Shown piece by piece: positions 38,406-49,437 of a DNA stretch of 64,000 nt (position 1 is its first letter; the number at the start of each line of letters is the position of its first letter). The notes beneath the pieces were generated by a model, which saw only the letters and a list, made by a program, of their open reading frames with translations, had not been told where the DNA came from and did no database searches. Source of the DNA: Mobula hypostoma (lineage: Eukaryota); assembly GCF_963921235.1 (NCBI RefSeq), contig NC_086097.1, positions 169,882,001 to 169,946,000 on the forward strand, in the 5' to 3' direction. The translations under genes and the position numbers were made by a program.

Positions 38406-38634
38406 TGTGGTAAACCATATATCTGTTGTAACTGGGTTAACTGTCTGGACACACCCCTCTGCCTACTGCCCCTGTGGCTCCTCCCACAGATTCCTGAATA
38501 AAGGTGATTTCACCTTGCCCCTCCCCCTCAGTCCAGGGGCAGACATTCAGCATGGAGGTCGTATTGTACAGTGAATAAAAGCCTTTCAGTATTTTACCCA
38601 GCTTCAGTCTTTTAGAGTTATTGAAGGTGTTTCA
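38406..38634 (+). repeat. Gypsy 5' LTR (229 bp)
   Basis: TGTGG...TTCA termini, AATAAA at ~38574. Near-identical to 40301-40524 and to the reverse complement of ~39345-39573. Confidence 0.9.
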
Positions 38635-38660
38635 ATTTTATTTGCTGTAAATTTTAAAGC

Positions 38661-39209
38661 ATGGAACATGCTCTGAGACCCGACAAGTTAGACCTCGAAC
38701 CGCAAACGCCTGAAGCTGGAAACGCTTTCGAACTCTGGCTGGCCTGCTTCAAAGTGTACCTAGAGAAGATTAAAGCGACCGACCCCGTAGTGAAGCGCAG
38801 AGTTCTACTCTCCAGGGTCAGTCCACACGCCTATTCACTGATCAGAGACCAGCCGAGCTACGATGGTGCCATGAGTGCCCTCAAAGGACAATACCTGCGG
38901 CTGGTAAACAGCGTCTATGCACGGCATCGCTTAGCAACACGGCAACAGCGGCCCGGGAAATCAAGTGCTGAGTTCATCCGAGCCCTACAGACACTTGTAC
39001 TGATGGTGGCGCAGCATGCAGAACTCCTAGTGAGAGACGCCTTCCTCACGCGGACCAGGTCAGTGTATGTGCACCAGCGGCTGTTGGAAAATGCTGATTT
39101 TACCTTAAGTTCAGCGATTGAGCTGGCCAACACACTGGAGGCCGCTCTGCATAACTCTGAGGCTCTCCAGGCACGCGATCCGCTTCGCTACGGGGTCGGT
39201 CCGCTTTAA
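38661..39209 (+). pseudogene. Truncated Gypsy gag
   Basis: MEHALRPDKLDLEP...YARHRLATRQQRPGKSSAEFIRAL...VRDAF resembles retrotransposon capsid motifs and lies just after the LTR. Confidence 0.8.
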
Positions 39210-39573
39210 TCTCCTCTAGGTACGCTTCGAAGTAGGCCAGCCAGAGTTCGAAAGCGTTTCCAGCTTCAGGCGTTTGCGGATCGAGGTCTAACTTGTCGGG
39301 TCTCAGAGCGTGTTCCATGCTTTAAAATTTACAGCAAATAAAATTGAAGCACCTTCAGTAACTCCAAAAGACTGAAGTTGGGTAAAATACTGAAAGGCTT
39401 TTATTCGCTGTACAATATGACCTCCATGGTGAGTATCTGCCCCCGGACTGAGGGGGAGGGGCAAGGTGAAATCACCTTTATTCAGAAATCAGTGGGAGGA
39501 GCCACAGGGGCAGTAGGCAGAGGGGTGTGTCCAGACAGTTAACCCAGTTACAACAGATATATGGTTTGCCACA

Positions 39574-40230
39574 CAAGTGGAGAAGGAGAATGGCACGGTG
39601 TGGAAAGCCACACTTTTAGCCCTCAGGTCAAAGGGACTGCCAGTCTCCCGCTGGCAGGAGGTCCTTCCCGAGGCACTCCACTCCATCCGCTCCCTGTTAT
39701 GCACGGCCACCAATGCCACCCCTCATGAGCGGCTCTTTTCATTTCCCAGAAAGTCAACCACTGGGACCACCCTACCAACTTGGCTGACGTCCCCGGGGTC
39801 AGTGCTGTGCCAGAAACATGCGAGGAGCAATAAGTACTCCCCCATGGTCGAGAGGGTTCACTTAGTTCATGCGAACCCTCAGTATGCCTATGTGGTTTTA
39901 CCTGATGGGCGGGAGGACACGGTCTCCATCCGCGACCTGGCGCCCGCAGGAGCACCGGGCCCCTACCCTGAACACTCCGTGGTGACTATTGACCCCGTAC
40001 CCACTGATATATATACCCATGAGACACCGCACACTCCAAACCCTACACAGACACCACACGACACTCCCATACCGGGCATGGCACACATGCACGAGGGATT
40101 ACCAACACCTAACATGCTGACACCTCAAGTCAGGCCGGAGCCAGCACAACCACTGTCGCCGGTGCAATCACCAACGGTGCTACGTAGATCACAGCGACGG
40201 ACTCGACCGCCTGATAGACTTGACCTGTAA
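39574..40230 (+). pseudogene. Gypsy integrase C-terminal fragment
   Basis: QVEKENG (catalytic E region), IRSLLCTATNATPHERLF, DGREDTVSIRDLAP, RRSQRRTRPPDRLDL; followed by the PPT and LTR. Confidence 0.85.
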
Positions 40231-40300
40231 ATATACTTGTTTTAAATATTGTCAGTCACTTCACCCCGTGGAACTCTTTTTAAAAAAAAGGAGGGGTGAA

Positions 40301-40524
40301 TGTGGTAAACCATATATATGTTGTAACTGGGTTACCTGTCTGGACACACCCCTCTGCTGACTGCCCCGTGGCTCCTCCCACAGACCCCTGAATAAAGGTG
40401 ATTTCGCCTTGTCCCTCCCCCTCAGTCCAGGGGCAGACACTCAGCATGGAGGTCGTATTGTACAGCGAATAAAAGCCTTTCAGTATTTTACCCAACTTCA
40501 GTCTTTTGGAGTTATTGAAGGTGC
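40301..40524 (+). repeat. Gypsy 3' LTR lacking its last 4 nt
   Basis: Follows the PPT and ends GAAGGTGC, where the other copies end GAAGGTG(C/T)TTCA. Confidence 0.88.
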
Positions 40525-41971
40525 CTGTTTAAAACCTCCAGTATTCACCCGAGCTCCATTATGTAGGATCTGATAAAAATAGGATACCAGACTACGAGTA
40601 ACAGGATCAAATTTTTTTAAATGCCTCCAGGGACTCATGTTTGTCTAAAACTTCGAAGTTAGGTATATATTTCCTAACATAATCTCGAATTTGTAAGTAT
40701 CTAAAGAAACTAGATGCAGGGATATTGTAAACTGCTTGTAACTGCGCAAATGAGGCAAAGTTTCCATTAATATATAGGTCACCTACACTGCAGATGCCTC
40801 TCTATTTCCAGGTAGAAAATAACAGTATCATTCAGGCCAGGCAAAAAGGAATGACTGTCACAAATCGGAGTGTCAATATAAGATTTTGGGGCCTTAATGT
40901 GTAGTTGAATCTGCTTGCAAATTCTTATAGTGCTGCCAACCATGAAGCTGTTACTAAAATGTGACTTATTAACTGCAGTGCGGCTGTTAAGGACAGCTGG
41001 TAAGTAAGTCTTCTTACAAAGCACTCGCTATATGAGTAACCATGCTGGGCACGAGTCTGAGGTAGAGGGTGGGCCTTTTTTCCACCATGCGAGAATGGAT
41101 AGGTGGGCAGCCCAGTAATACATTTTAACATTTGGTAGGGCAAAACCACCTGCTTCCTTGGGCTTTGACAAGTGCTTTTTAGTAATTCTAATAGCTTTAT
41201 AATTCCAAATGAAGGGTATAATAATTGAATCCAATTGCTTAAAATATGACAGAGGAATAAAACATGGAATTGACTGGAAAAGATGAAGAAATCGTGGCAG
41301 TACAATCATCATGATTGCGTTAACCCTCCCCACCAAAGAAATTGGAAGGGTTTTCCAAAAGTCAATATTGTGTTTAACCTGCTCAACTTTGTTTCGCCAA
41401 TTCACTTGCAAAGGTTCATCTGGGTTTTTTGTAATAGTCACACCAAGATAGGAAAAATTATCATGAGTTATTTTAAAGGGAATGGACTGTAAATACATTG
41501 TATTAACCACTGCAGTGACTGGCATTAGTTCACTCTTATACCAATTAATAGAGAAACCTGAGAAACTACCAAAGTTATTAATTAGAGTCAGAAGGGCAGG
41601 TATTGATGTTTGTGGGCTGGAGATATATAAAAGGACATCGTCAGCGTATAACGAAAGGTGATGTTTATGTCCATGCATATCAATAGGAGATATCAAAGGA
41701 TCCTGTCTGATGCGAACAGCCAGTGGCTCAATGATAACTGCAAACAAAAATGGAGAAAAGGGGCAGCCTTGACGAGTCCCACGATGAATTGCAAAAGGGG
41801 AGGACATATTCTGATTAGTTATAATAGAAGCAGATGGGTGTGCATAAATTATCTCAATCCATTTAATGAAAGATGGTCCAAATCCAAATTTCTTAAGTGC
41901 AAACATCATATATGGCCACTCCACTTGGTCAAACACACGTTGCGCATCTAATGAAATGACTACAGCCTCTT

Positions 41972-42293
41972 AAAAGCAGGCTTTTTCCACTGAGGCAAGG
42001 GGAGAAAAAAACCATAGGTTAAGGGTGAGGGGGGAAAAGTTTAAAGGGAACATTAGTGGGGGCTTCTTTACACAGAGAGTGGTGGGAGTATGGAATGAGC
42101 TGCCAGATGAGGTGGTAAATGTGGGTTCTTTTTTAACATTTAAGAATAAATTGGACAGATACATGGATGGGAGGTGTATGGAGGGATATGGTCCCTGTGC
42201 AGGTCAGTGGGACTAGGAAGAAAATGGTTCAGCACAGCCAAGAAGGGCCAAAAGGCCTGTTTCTGTGCTGTAGTTTCTATGGTTTCTATGGTT
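41972..42293 (+). mobile_element. Short CR1 3' fragment inserted in the L1 RT
   Basis: GGFFTQRVVGVWNELP; (TTTCTATGG)n tail. Near-identical to the reverse complement of 57876-58198. Confidence 0.9.
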
Positions 42294-44479
42294 TCTTCTG
42301 CATGTTTTGTATATAAAATATTGAAAAGATGACGCAAATTAAAATACATATATCTACCTGGCATAAAGCCAGTTTGATCTGGATGAATAACAGAACAAAT
42401 GCATTCTTTTAACCTATTGGCCAGGACTTTCCCAAGAATTTTGGTTTCAATGGGCAGCAGCGAAATGGGGCGATATGATGAATCCACCTTGGGATCACAA
42501 CCTGGTTTTGGAATCAGAGAAACATTAGCTTTACATAAAGTGGGTGGCAATCTGGAAGCTATCCTAGAGTGATTCAACATTCGTAAGAGCAGAGGTGACA
42601 ATTTTGGACCAAATACTTTGAAGAATTCCATGCTAAAACCATCTGGACCCGCTGCCTTATTATTGGGGAGGGAAGAGATGACCTTCTTGATCTCATCTAG
42701 GCTTATATCAGCATCAAGTATATTTACTGAATCTGTTGACAGCGTGGGCAGATTCAGATTATCAAAAAATGCTACCATAGCTTCAACATCTGGACCGCCT
42801 TGTGATTGGTAAACATTAGCATAGAACTCCGCAAAACACTTATTAATTTTTTCTGGGTCCGTCAATAAAAAGCCATCTTTTGCCTTTATACGATGTATGG
42901 CCCTGGAGGCCTGCATCTGTCTTAACTGACGGGCTAATAACTTATGGAGTTTTTCACCAAGCTCAAAATACCTCTGTCTGACTTGTGTCAGTAGTTTTGA
43001 AACACTCTTGGACATGATAGAATTATACTCATACCGTAAGGCAGTAATCTTATTAAGTAATTCTGCTTCCTGGTTTATTTTGTAAGAAGCTTCCAGATTT
43101 GCCAACTGATCATCTATTTCAGTTAACCTTTTCTTGAATCTTCTTTTTTCCGCTGTCTCATATGCTATTATGCAACCTCTAATAATCGCCTTCATGGCCT
43201 CCCAAAGGGTGGAATCATCAACACCGCCCATATCATTGGTGCTTAAGTATAGATCTATCTTATCTGAAAGATAACAGCAAAAATCCTAACCTTTTAGCAA
43301 AGCATTATTTAAACGCCAACTATATTCACTTCTTTTGTGGTTCAATTTGAGTACAAGTGAGACAGGAGTATGATCCGATATAAGTATATTATGGTAAGTG
43401 CAACTGACTACTGATGAGACCAATTTCGAATCGAACAGAAAATAATCAATCCTAGAGTAGGATTTATATACTGTGGAGAAATATGAAAAATCCTTCTTCG
43501 TGGGATTAAGAAGCCTCCAAATATCCACTATGTTATACGATTGCATGAGATTATTAAGTGTTACACTATTTTTAAGTGAACAACCTTGGGGACGTTGTCT
43601 ATCTAGGAGGGAGTTTAAGATGCAATTAAAGTCTCCACCTACAATTATATTAGAGTCAGACAGATTAGGCACGGCCTTAAAGAGGTTCTGAAAAAAAATT
43701 GGATCATCAAAGTTGGGCCCGTACACATTCACTAGTGTCAATGGTATAGAATTTAATATTCCACTTACTATTACATATCTGTCCCTCAGGTCAGCGATAG
43801 TTTGTGCGTGAATAAATGGTATAGGTTTTTAAAATTAGGATTGCAACACCTCTAGTTTTAGTACTAAAATTCGACTGGTAGAATGAGATGCCCAGGAGGG
43901 ACAAAGCACTTTCGCTGCTGTTTTCTTAATGTGTGTTTCTTGGAGAAAACAAATATCAGCTTTGAGTGTACGAAGAGGTGCATACACCTTCCCTCTCTTC
44001 AGTGGACTATTCATCCCCCGTACATTCCAGCTGACAAGTTTAGTCTCACCAATGCTGTGCATATGTGAATTAGATGTCATATCTGCTGCTTAACAAAAAA
44101 AAATACGCTGTATGGTCGTAGCATAACACGAACAGTAACTCGAACAAATAGATGTGCTGTAACAACCCCTTGAGAAGCACAAAAAACCCTCCCAAAAATA
44201 AAAGCAGACCAGGAGTAGAACTTCCATACCACTAACCTAGAGTCAAAGCTACATCCAAGAGCCAACACATGGCCCGGAATAGCGAGATAACTACCCATTA
44301 CTCACTAAACATGGGAGAAACACCTCTTCACAAATACACTATGAAACATAAAAATAAACAATAACAATCAGTCCTCACCCACATCTTAGTGTGAGCTTAT
44401 TTTTCAGTTCCTCATGCGCTGAACATAATGAACAGTCTCCAGATGAAGCCGCGATCGATCAACAACGAAACCAGTAACC

Positions 44480-45400
44480 CAGCGTTAATCCGTTTTTAGG
44501 TTGATACGGCGTCAGAATGCCAATCTTTAACTTCTCAGCTCAGGAACTCCTTCGCTACGGCTGCAGTGCTGAATGTACTGGTGGTATTGTTAACTGTAAC
44601 CACAAACCTCGCTGGATACCGGAATCCACACCTAATTTTCCTGGCTTTGCATTTCTCCTTAATGTGCTGAAAATCCTGATGTTTCCTCATGGTAGCCAAG
44701 GTTAAATCCGGTTAAATGAACACCGGACACCCGTCATATAGCAGCGGAGCTCTCTCCCTGGACACCTGTAGTGCCAACTCTTTAACCTGGTAGTGGTGTA
44801 GCCTCGCAATAATAGCTCTTGGCCTGCCATTTTTAGCAGGTGCTAGGCTCCGGTTGGCACGGTCCACTTCAATCGGCTAGTGAAAATGTTCTTCCCCCAG
44901 CACTTTGGAAGCAACGTGGCTACAAATTCTGTCGGCTTATTGTTTTCGGCTTTCTCCTGAACCCCGATAATGTGAATGTTTTGACGGCGAGACCGAGCTT
45001 CAAGGTCATCCACCTTAGCCTGTAGCAGTGTGTTTTGGGATATTAGACTTTCAAGCCACCTCTCCAACTCTTCGATTTGCCTCTCAAACAATTCGACTGT
45101 ATCCTCCATTAAAGAAACATGCTTACTGACTTTGGTTAGAGCCACGGTTAGGTTCATGATTGACTTATTATGCTCTGCATGTCTCCCGTCTACCGAACAG
45201 TGCAGCTTGTTTACCACCACAAGGGCTTCTTCAATGGTAGTTGGGACCGGGGCGCTAGCAGCATTGGCTTTAGCTTCTCCTGGGCCCGCTATCTTCGCGG
45301 AACCCTCGCCAGAATCTTCTTCTCCTGTGCCCTTTTCTTGTTTCTTCCCTTTACCAGGCTTCGTAATTTCGTTCAGCCCGTTACAGCTCACTTCAGTCAC
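44480..45400 (-). pseudogene. L1 ORF1 (coiled coil plus RRM-type domain), frameshifted
   Basis: Heptad-like region followed by KVDDLEARSRRQNIHIIGVQE; PRAIIARLH motif downstream in another frame. Confidence 0.85.
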
Positions 45401-45505
45401 TTAAAAAATAAGAATTAACTGCTATTTGGGTGAGGCAAAAGGTGAAGGTAGACACAGCTCCCAGGACACATGTCTACTCCATACCAAGACCCCACGTGAC
45501 CCCCC

Positions 45506-46215
45506 TACTCAAGGAGTTTTAACAGATTTGTCAGGCAAGATTTCTGCTTACGGAAGCTATGCTGACTTCGGCCTATTTTATCATGTGCCTCCAAGTAACC
45601 TGAAACCTCATCTTTGACAATAGATTCCAATATCTTAAAAAAAGAACTGCAGTCAGGTTAACTGGTCCATAATTTCCTTTCTTTCTGCCTCCCTTCTTAA
45701 AGAGTGGAGTGACATTTGCAATTTTCCATTCCTCCGGAAACATTCCAGGATCTAGTGATTCTTGAAAGATCATTACCAATGTCTGCATGATCTTTCAGCT
45801 ACCTCTTTCAAGACCTGGGGTGTGGTCCATCAGATCCAGGTGACTTATCTACTGCACCTTCAGACTTCTCAGCCTCTCAAGCAGCATCTCGTTAGCAATA
45901 GCAATGACACTCAGTTATGTCTCTGACACTCTTGCATTTCTGGCATTCTGCTTGTGCCTTCCACAGTGAAGGTGATGCAAAATACTTACTACATTCCTCC
46001 ACCATTTCTTTATCCCCCATTACTACCTCTACAGCATCACTTTCCACCACTCTCATCAATTTTTGACCCTTTATCTGAAAAATCTTCTTGTATCCCCTTT
46101 TATATTATTGGCCAATTTACCTTCCCAGTTTACCTTTTCTCTCTTTTTGACTTTTTTAGTTGCCTTCTGTTGATTTTTAAAAGCTTCCCAATCTTCTACC
46201 TTCCCACTAATTTTT
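45506..46215 (-). mobile_element. CR1 LINE 5' part (split by L1)
   Basis: IFQESLDPG..PEEWKIANVTPLFKKG..GNYGPV. Confidence 0.85.
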
Positions 46216-46387
46216 GCTCTGTTATATACCATCTCTTTCGTCCCCTCACAGCTGGAGGGATAAAACTACTATTCTGTGCTGTTTTCTATTACTCAACCTG
46301 TGCACGAGTGATATTTTCCAGCGTAACTAATCATACCCATGTATATGAATTTACGACAGAAACAAGATAGAGCAGTAACTTACCCTC

Positions 46388-46406
46388 CAGCCACGAGAGG
46401 GTGCTA
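46388..46406 (+). promoter_or_regulatory. Candidate CTCF core motif
   Basis: CAGCCACGAGAGGGTGCTA resembles the consensus TGGCCACCAGRKGGCGCTA and lies in non-repetitive sequence. Motif match only. Confidence 0.35.
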
Positions 46407-47060
46407 TTATACAGTACTTAAAGAATCATAAGAATCATAGGCCAAGTAAGCCCACACTGAACAGAGGTATATATTTAGGTGATTGGCAAAAAAGGGACAG
46501 AGTGATATCAATAAAATATTTTTCATGCATTGAGTAGTTAGGATTTAAGTTATACTTTCCAAATTGGTGGTGGAAACTGATGCAATGGTAAGCTTCAAGT
46601 CAGGCACAGTTGCATTTATTATCAGGTGCAATGAAAAACTTACTTGCAGTGGCATCACAGGTAGCATTCACAAGAAAAACAAATTAAACAAAAGGGAATT
46701 GTATGAAAGGTGAAATTATTGCAAAGAAAAGGGGAATAAGTGTAAGGAAGAGTGAGACCAACCGCATTGACCTTTCATGGAGTCAGTCCTGGGATGAACA
46801 GCCTCCAACTTTATAGCCATAAAATCAGGGAATGTCCATTTCTGCCCTCAAGCCTGTCTCACTTCAATAATTATTGCAATCATGAAGAAGGCACACCAAT
46901 GGTTCTACTTGTTAGGAATTTGAGGAGATTTTCCATGTCTTTTTTTTTCCTGAGCTGACCATCTGCAGACTATCCAGTGACATATGCCATGGAGCCAGCC
47001 TAAGTGGAGTTGGAATGGTGTCAGTCTCACCATAAACACAGCCTCCATCTTTGGCAACAT

Positions 47061-47740
47061 TAGATTAGATTAGATTATGAGGGCACTCAGTCCTCGTTTA
47101 TTGTCATTTAGAAATGCATGCATTAAAAAATGATACAATATTCCTCTGGTATGATATCACAGAAACACAAGACAGACCAAGACTAAAACTGACAAAAACC
47201 GCATAATTATAACATATAGTTACAACAGTGCAAAGCAATACCATAATTTGCTAAGAGCAGACCATGGGCACGATTAAAAAAAGTCTCAAAGTCCCGACAG
47301 CCCCAACATCTCACGCAGACGGTAGAAGGAAGAAACTCTCCCTGCCATGAGCTTTCAGTGCCGCAAACTTGCTGATGCAGCATCCTGGAAGCACCCGACC
47401 ACAGTCCGACTCTGAGTCGTCCGAAAACTTCGAGCCTCTGACCAGCCCTCCGACACTGAGCACCGAGCACCATCTCTGCCAAGCGCTTCGACCCTGGCCC
47501 CAGCCGCCAAGCAACAGGCAAAGCCGAGGATTCGGGGCCTTCCCCTCCGGAGATTTCAGATCACACAGTAGCAGCAGCAGTGAAGCAGGCATTCCAGAAG
47601 TTTCACCAGATGTTCCTCCGTGCTTGCACACCTGCCTCCACCAAATCAGAATTGTGCACGGCCTCCTACTTGACAGATTACAGATATTCATCACCGGAGA
47701 GGCCACGTGCGCTGCGTCATGACGTCATCTTCTCCTCCTC
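47061..47740 (-). mobile_element. Non-coding GC-rich non-autonomous retroelement with (ATCTA)n tail
   Basis: Homologous in reverse to 48270-48800; ends AATAAA...CTCATAATCTAATCTAATCTA. Confidence 0.75.
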
Positions 47741-48269
47741 CCTTAACAAAGCAGTACGAACTGAGTACGGGTAGGAAGGAGCTTATCAGACCAGTGGGCC
47801 TGTGCCAGCTCCCAGGATGGCCATCCGCAGCAACCCCCGCCCCCACATGTCACCAAAGGCCTATGATATTTTTAGAGATGTACAGAGGGAAGCATTCAGA
47901 CTGGTTGCATGACAGCTTGGTATACAGACTCCAGTGCGCAGGATTGCATGAGGCTGCAGACTGTAGACTCAGCCAGGTCCATCACGGGCACAGCCCTCCC
48001 CACCATCGGAGACATCTTCAAGAGAGGAAGGAGATAACACAGCATCAGTATCCACTGGGGACAAATGGGCTATAAACTCTCTGACTGAAAGGAAACAGGA
48101 CTGGCAGCGAGGAAACATTCATTTTGAGATTTTTAGTTATTCTAAACATTTTCATTCTTTCCTCCATTCATTTCATTTCCAAGTATCTGGATCGAACTGC
48201 GGTAATGTTTCCTGGGAAACATTCCTTTCACAGCTATGGGGGAAAGTAAGCTACCTTGGAAAACTTCTG

Positions 48270-48800
48270 AAATGGCCGCTTCGCTGCCGCTGCTACTGTG
48301 TTGTAACCGGAATCCCCGGAGCAGAAGGCCCCGAATCCTCGGCTTTGCTTGTTTCAGCGGCCGGGGCTAGGTCGAAGGCACTCGGGAGGATGTATCGGAG
48401 AGGCTTATCGGAAGCTCGAAGTTTTCGGACGGATGGACTCCGTGTCGGCTGTGGTCGGCTGCTTCCAAGGCATTGGCAAGTTGACGGTGCCTGGAGGTTT
48501 ATGGCAGGGAGTGTCTCCCTTTTGCCGCCTGCTATCGGGGACTCGGGAGTCGATCGACTCGGGGACTTTTGAGACTTTATTTACCGTGCCCATGGTTTGT
48601 TCTTCATCAAATTATGGCATTGCTTTGCACTGCTGTAACTATATGTTATAATTACGTGGTTCTGTCAGTGTTAGTCTTTGGTTTGTCTTGTTTTCTGTGA
48701 TATCACTCTGGAGAAACATTGTATCATTTCTCAATGCATGTATGTATTTCTAAATGACAATAAAAGAGGACTGAGTGTTCTCATAATCTAATCTAATCTA
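48270..48800 (+). mobile_element. Non-coding GC-rich non-autonomous retroelement with (ATCTA)n tail
   Basis: CpG-rich body with the same 3' end as 16690-16937 and 47061-47290. Confidence 0.75.
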
Positions 48801-49259
48801 TGCATCTAGAGTAGGGGTTTGCAACCTAAGGTCCATGGACCCCTTGCTTAATGCTATTGGTCCATGGCATGAAAAAGGATGGGAATTCCTGAACTGGAGG
48901 CTTAATGTTCAAAGACAATGAATGTGAAAGTTGAAGATTTCTCATGAAAGGCATTCCAGTAAGAAACATCGAACTGGCCAGCACATCAACCATATGAATG
49001 GGAACCAATCAGTATGTCTGACAGAAATTATTCCCATTGGTTTGTGATTCTTTCACAAACACCAATTGGCGCTTCATCAACTATTTAATTTTATAAATGA
49101 GATTTTTATTGACCAGAAGTATTAAGAGTGTTTAAAGAGTTCTCAATAGTGGCATTAGGCCAAGTACCTCTTTTTCTGCCAGCAAAATCACAATGGGATA
49201 AATGTCTTCATTCTGAGTTGTGAATGCATCATGATTCAGGGAACTAGGAAAAAAAAGAA

Positions 49260-49437
49260 ACACAAAAGATTATGCAGATGCTGGAAATCTTGAGCAACAC
49301 ACACGAATTGTTGGAGGAACTCAGCAGGTCAGACAGCGTCTATGGAGGGGAAGGGTCTCAGCCTGAAATATTCACTGTTTATCTCCTTCCACAGATGTTG
49401 CCTGACCTGCTGAGTTCCTCTAGCATTTTGTGTGTGT
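49260..49437. repeat. Fold-back pair of Penelope terminal repeats
   Basis: GGAGGAACTCAGCAGGTCAGACAGCGTCT is inverted relative to AGATGTTGCCTGACCTGCTGAGTTCCTCT. Confidence 0.78.

Larger units (their letters stand above)
38404..40524 (+). mobile_element. Rearranged Ty3/Gypsy LTR retrotransposon with three LTRs, nested in L1
   Basis: LTR 38406-38634, gag 38661-39180, inverted gag start plus LTR 39181-39573, integrase C-terminus 39574-40230, polypurine tract (PPT) AAAAAAAAGGAGGGGTGAA, LTR 40301-40524. Confidence 0.9.
37800..44080 (-). pseudogene. L1 ORF2 (APE endonuclease, RT, zinc-binding domain), disrupted
   Basis: KLVSWNVRGMN, FLQETH, VNVYGPN, GGDFN, SRIDYF, SDH, KAAGPDGF, YRPISLL, GTRQGCPFSP, LSLYADD, CNRC...HSFWSC. 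Contains stops, frameshifts and two insertions. Confidence 0.9.
37652..45505 (-). mobile_element. End-to-end decayed L1-clade LINE
   Basis: G-run 5' end, ORF1, inter-ORF spacer and ORF2 (APE, RT, Cys-rich). TSD TACTCAAGGAATT (37639-37651) / TACTCAAGGAGTT (45506-45518). Confidence 0.92.
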
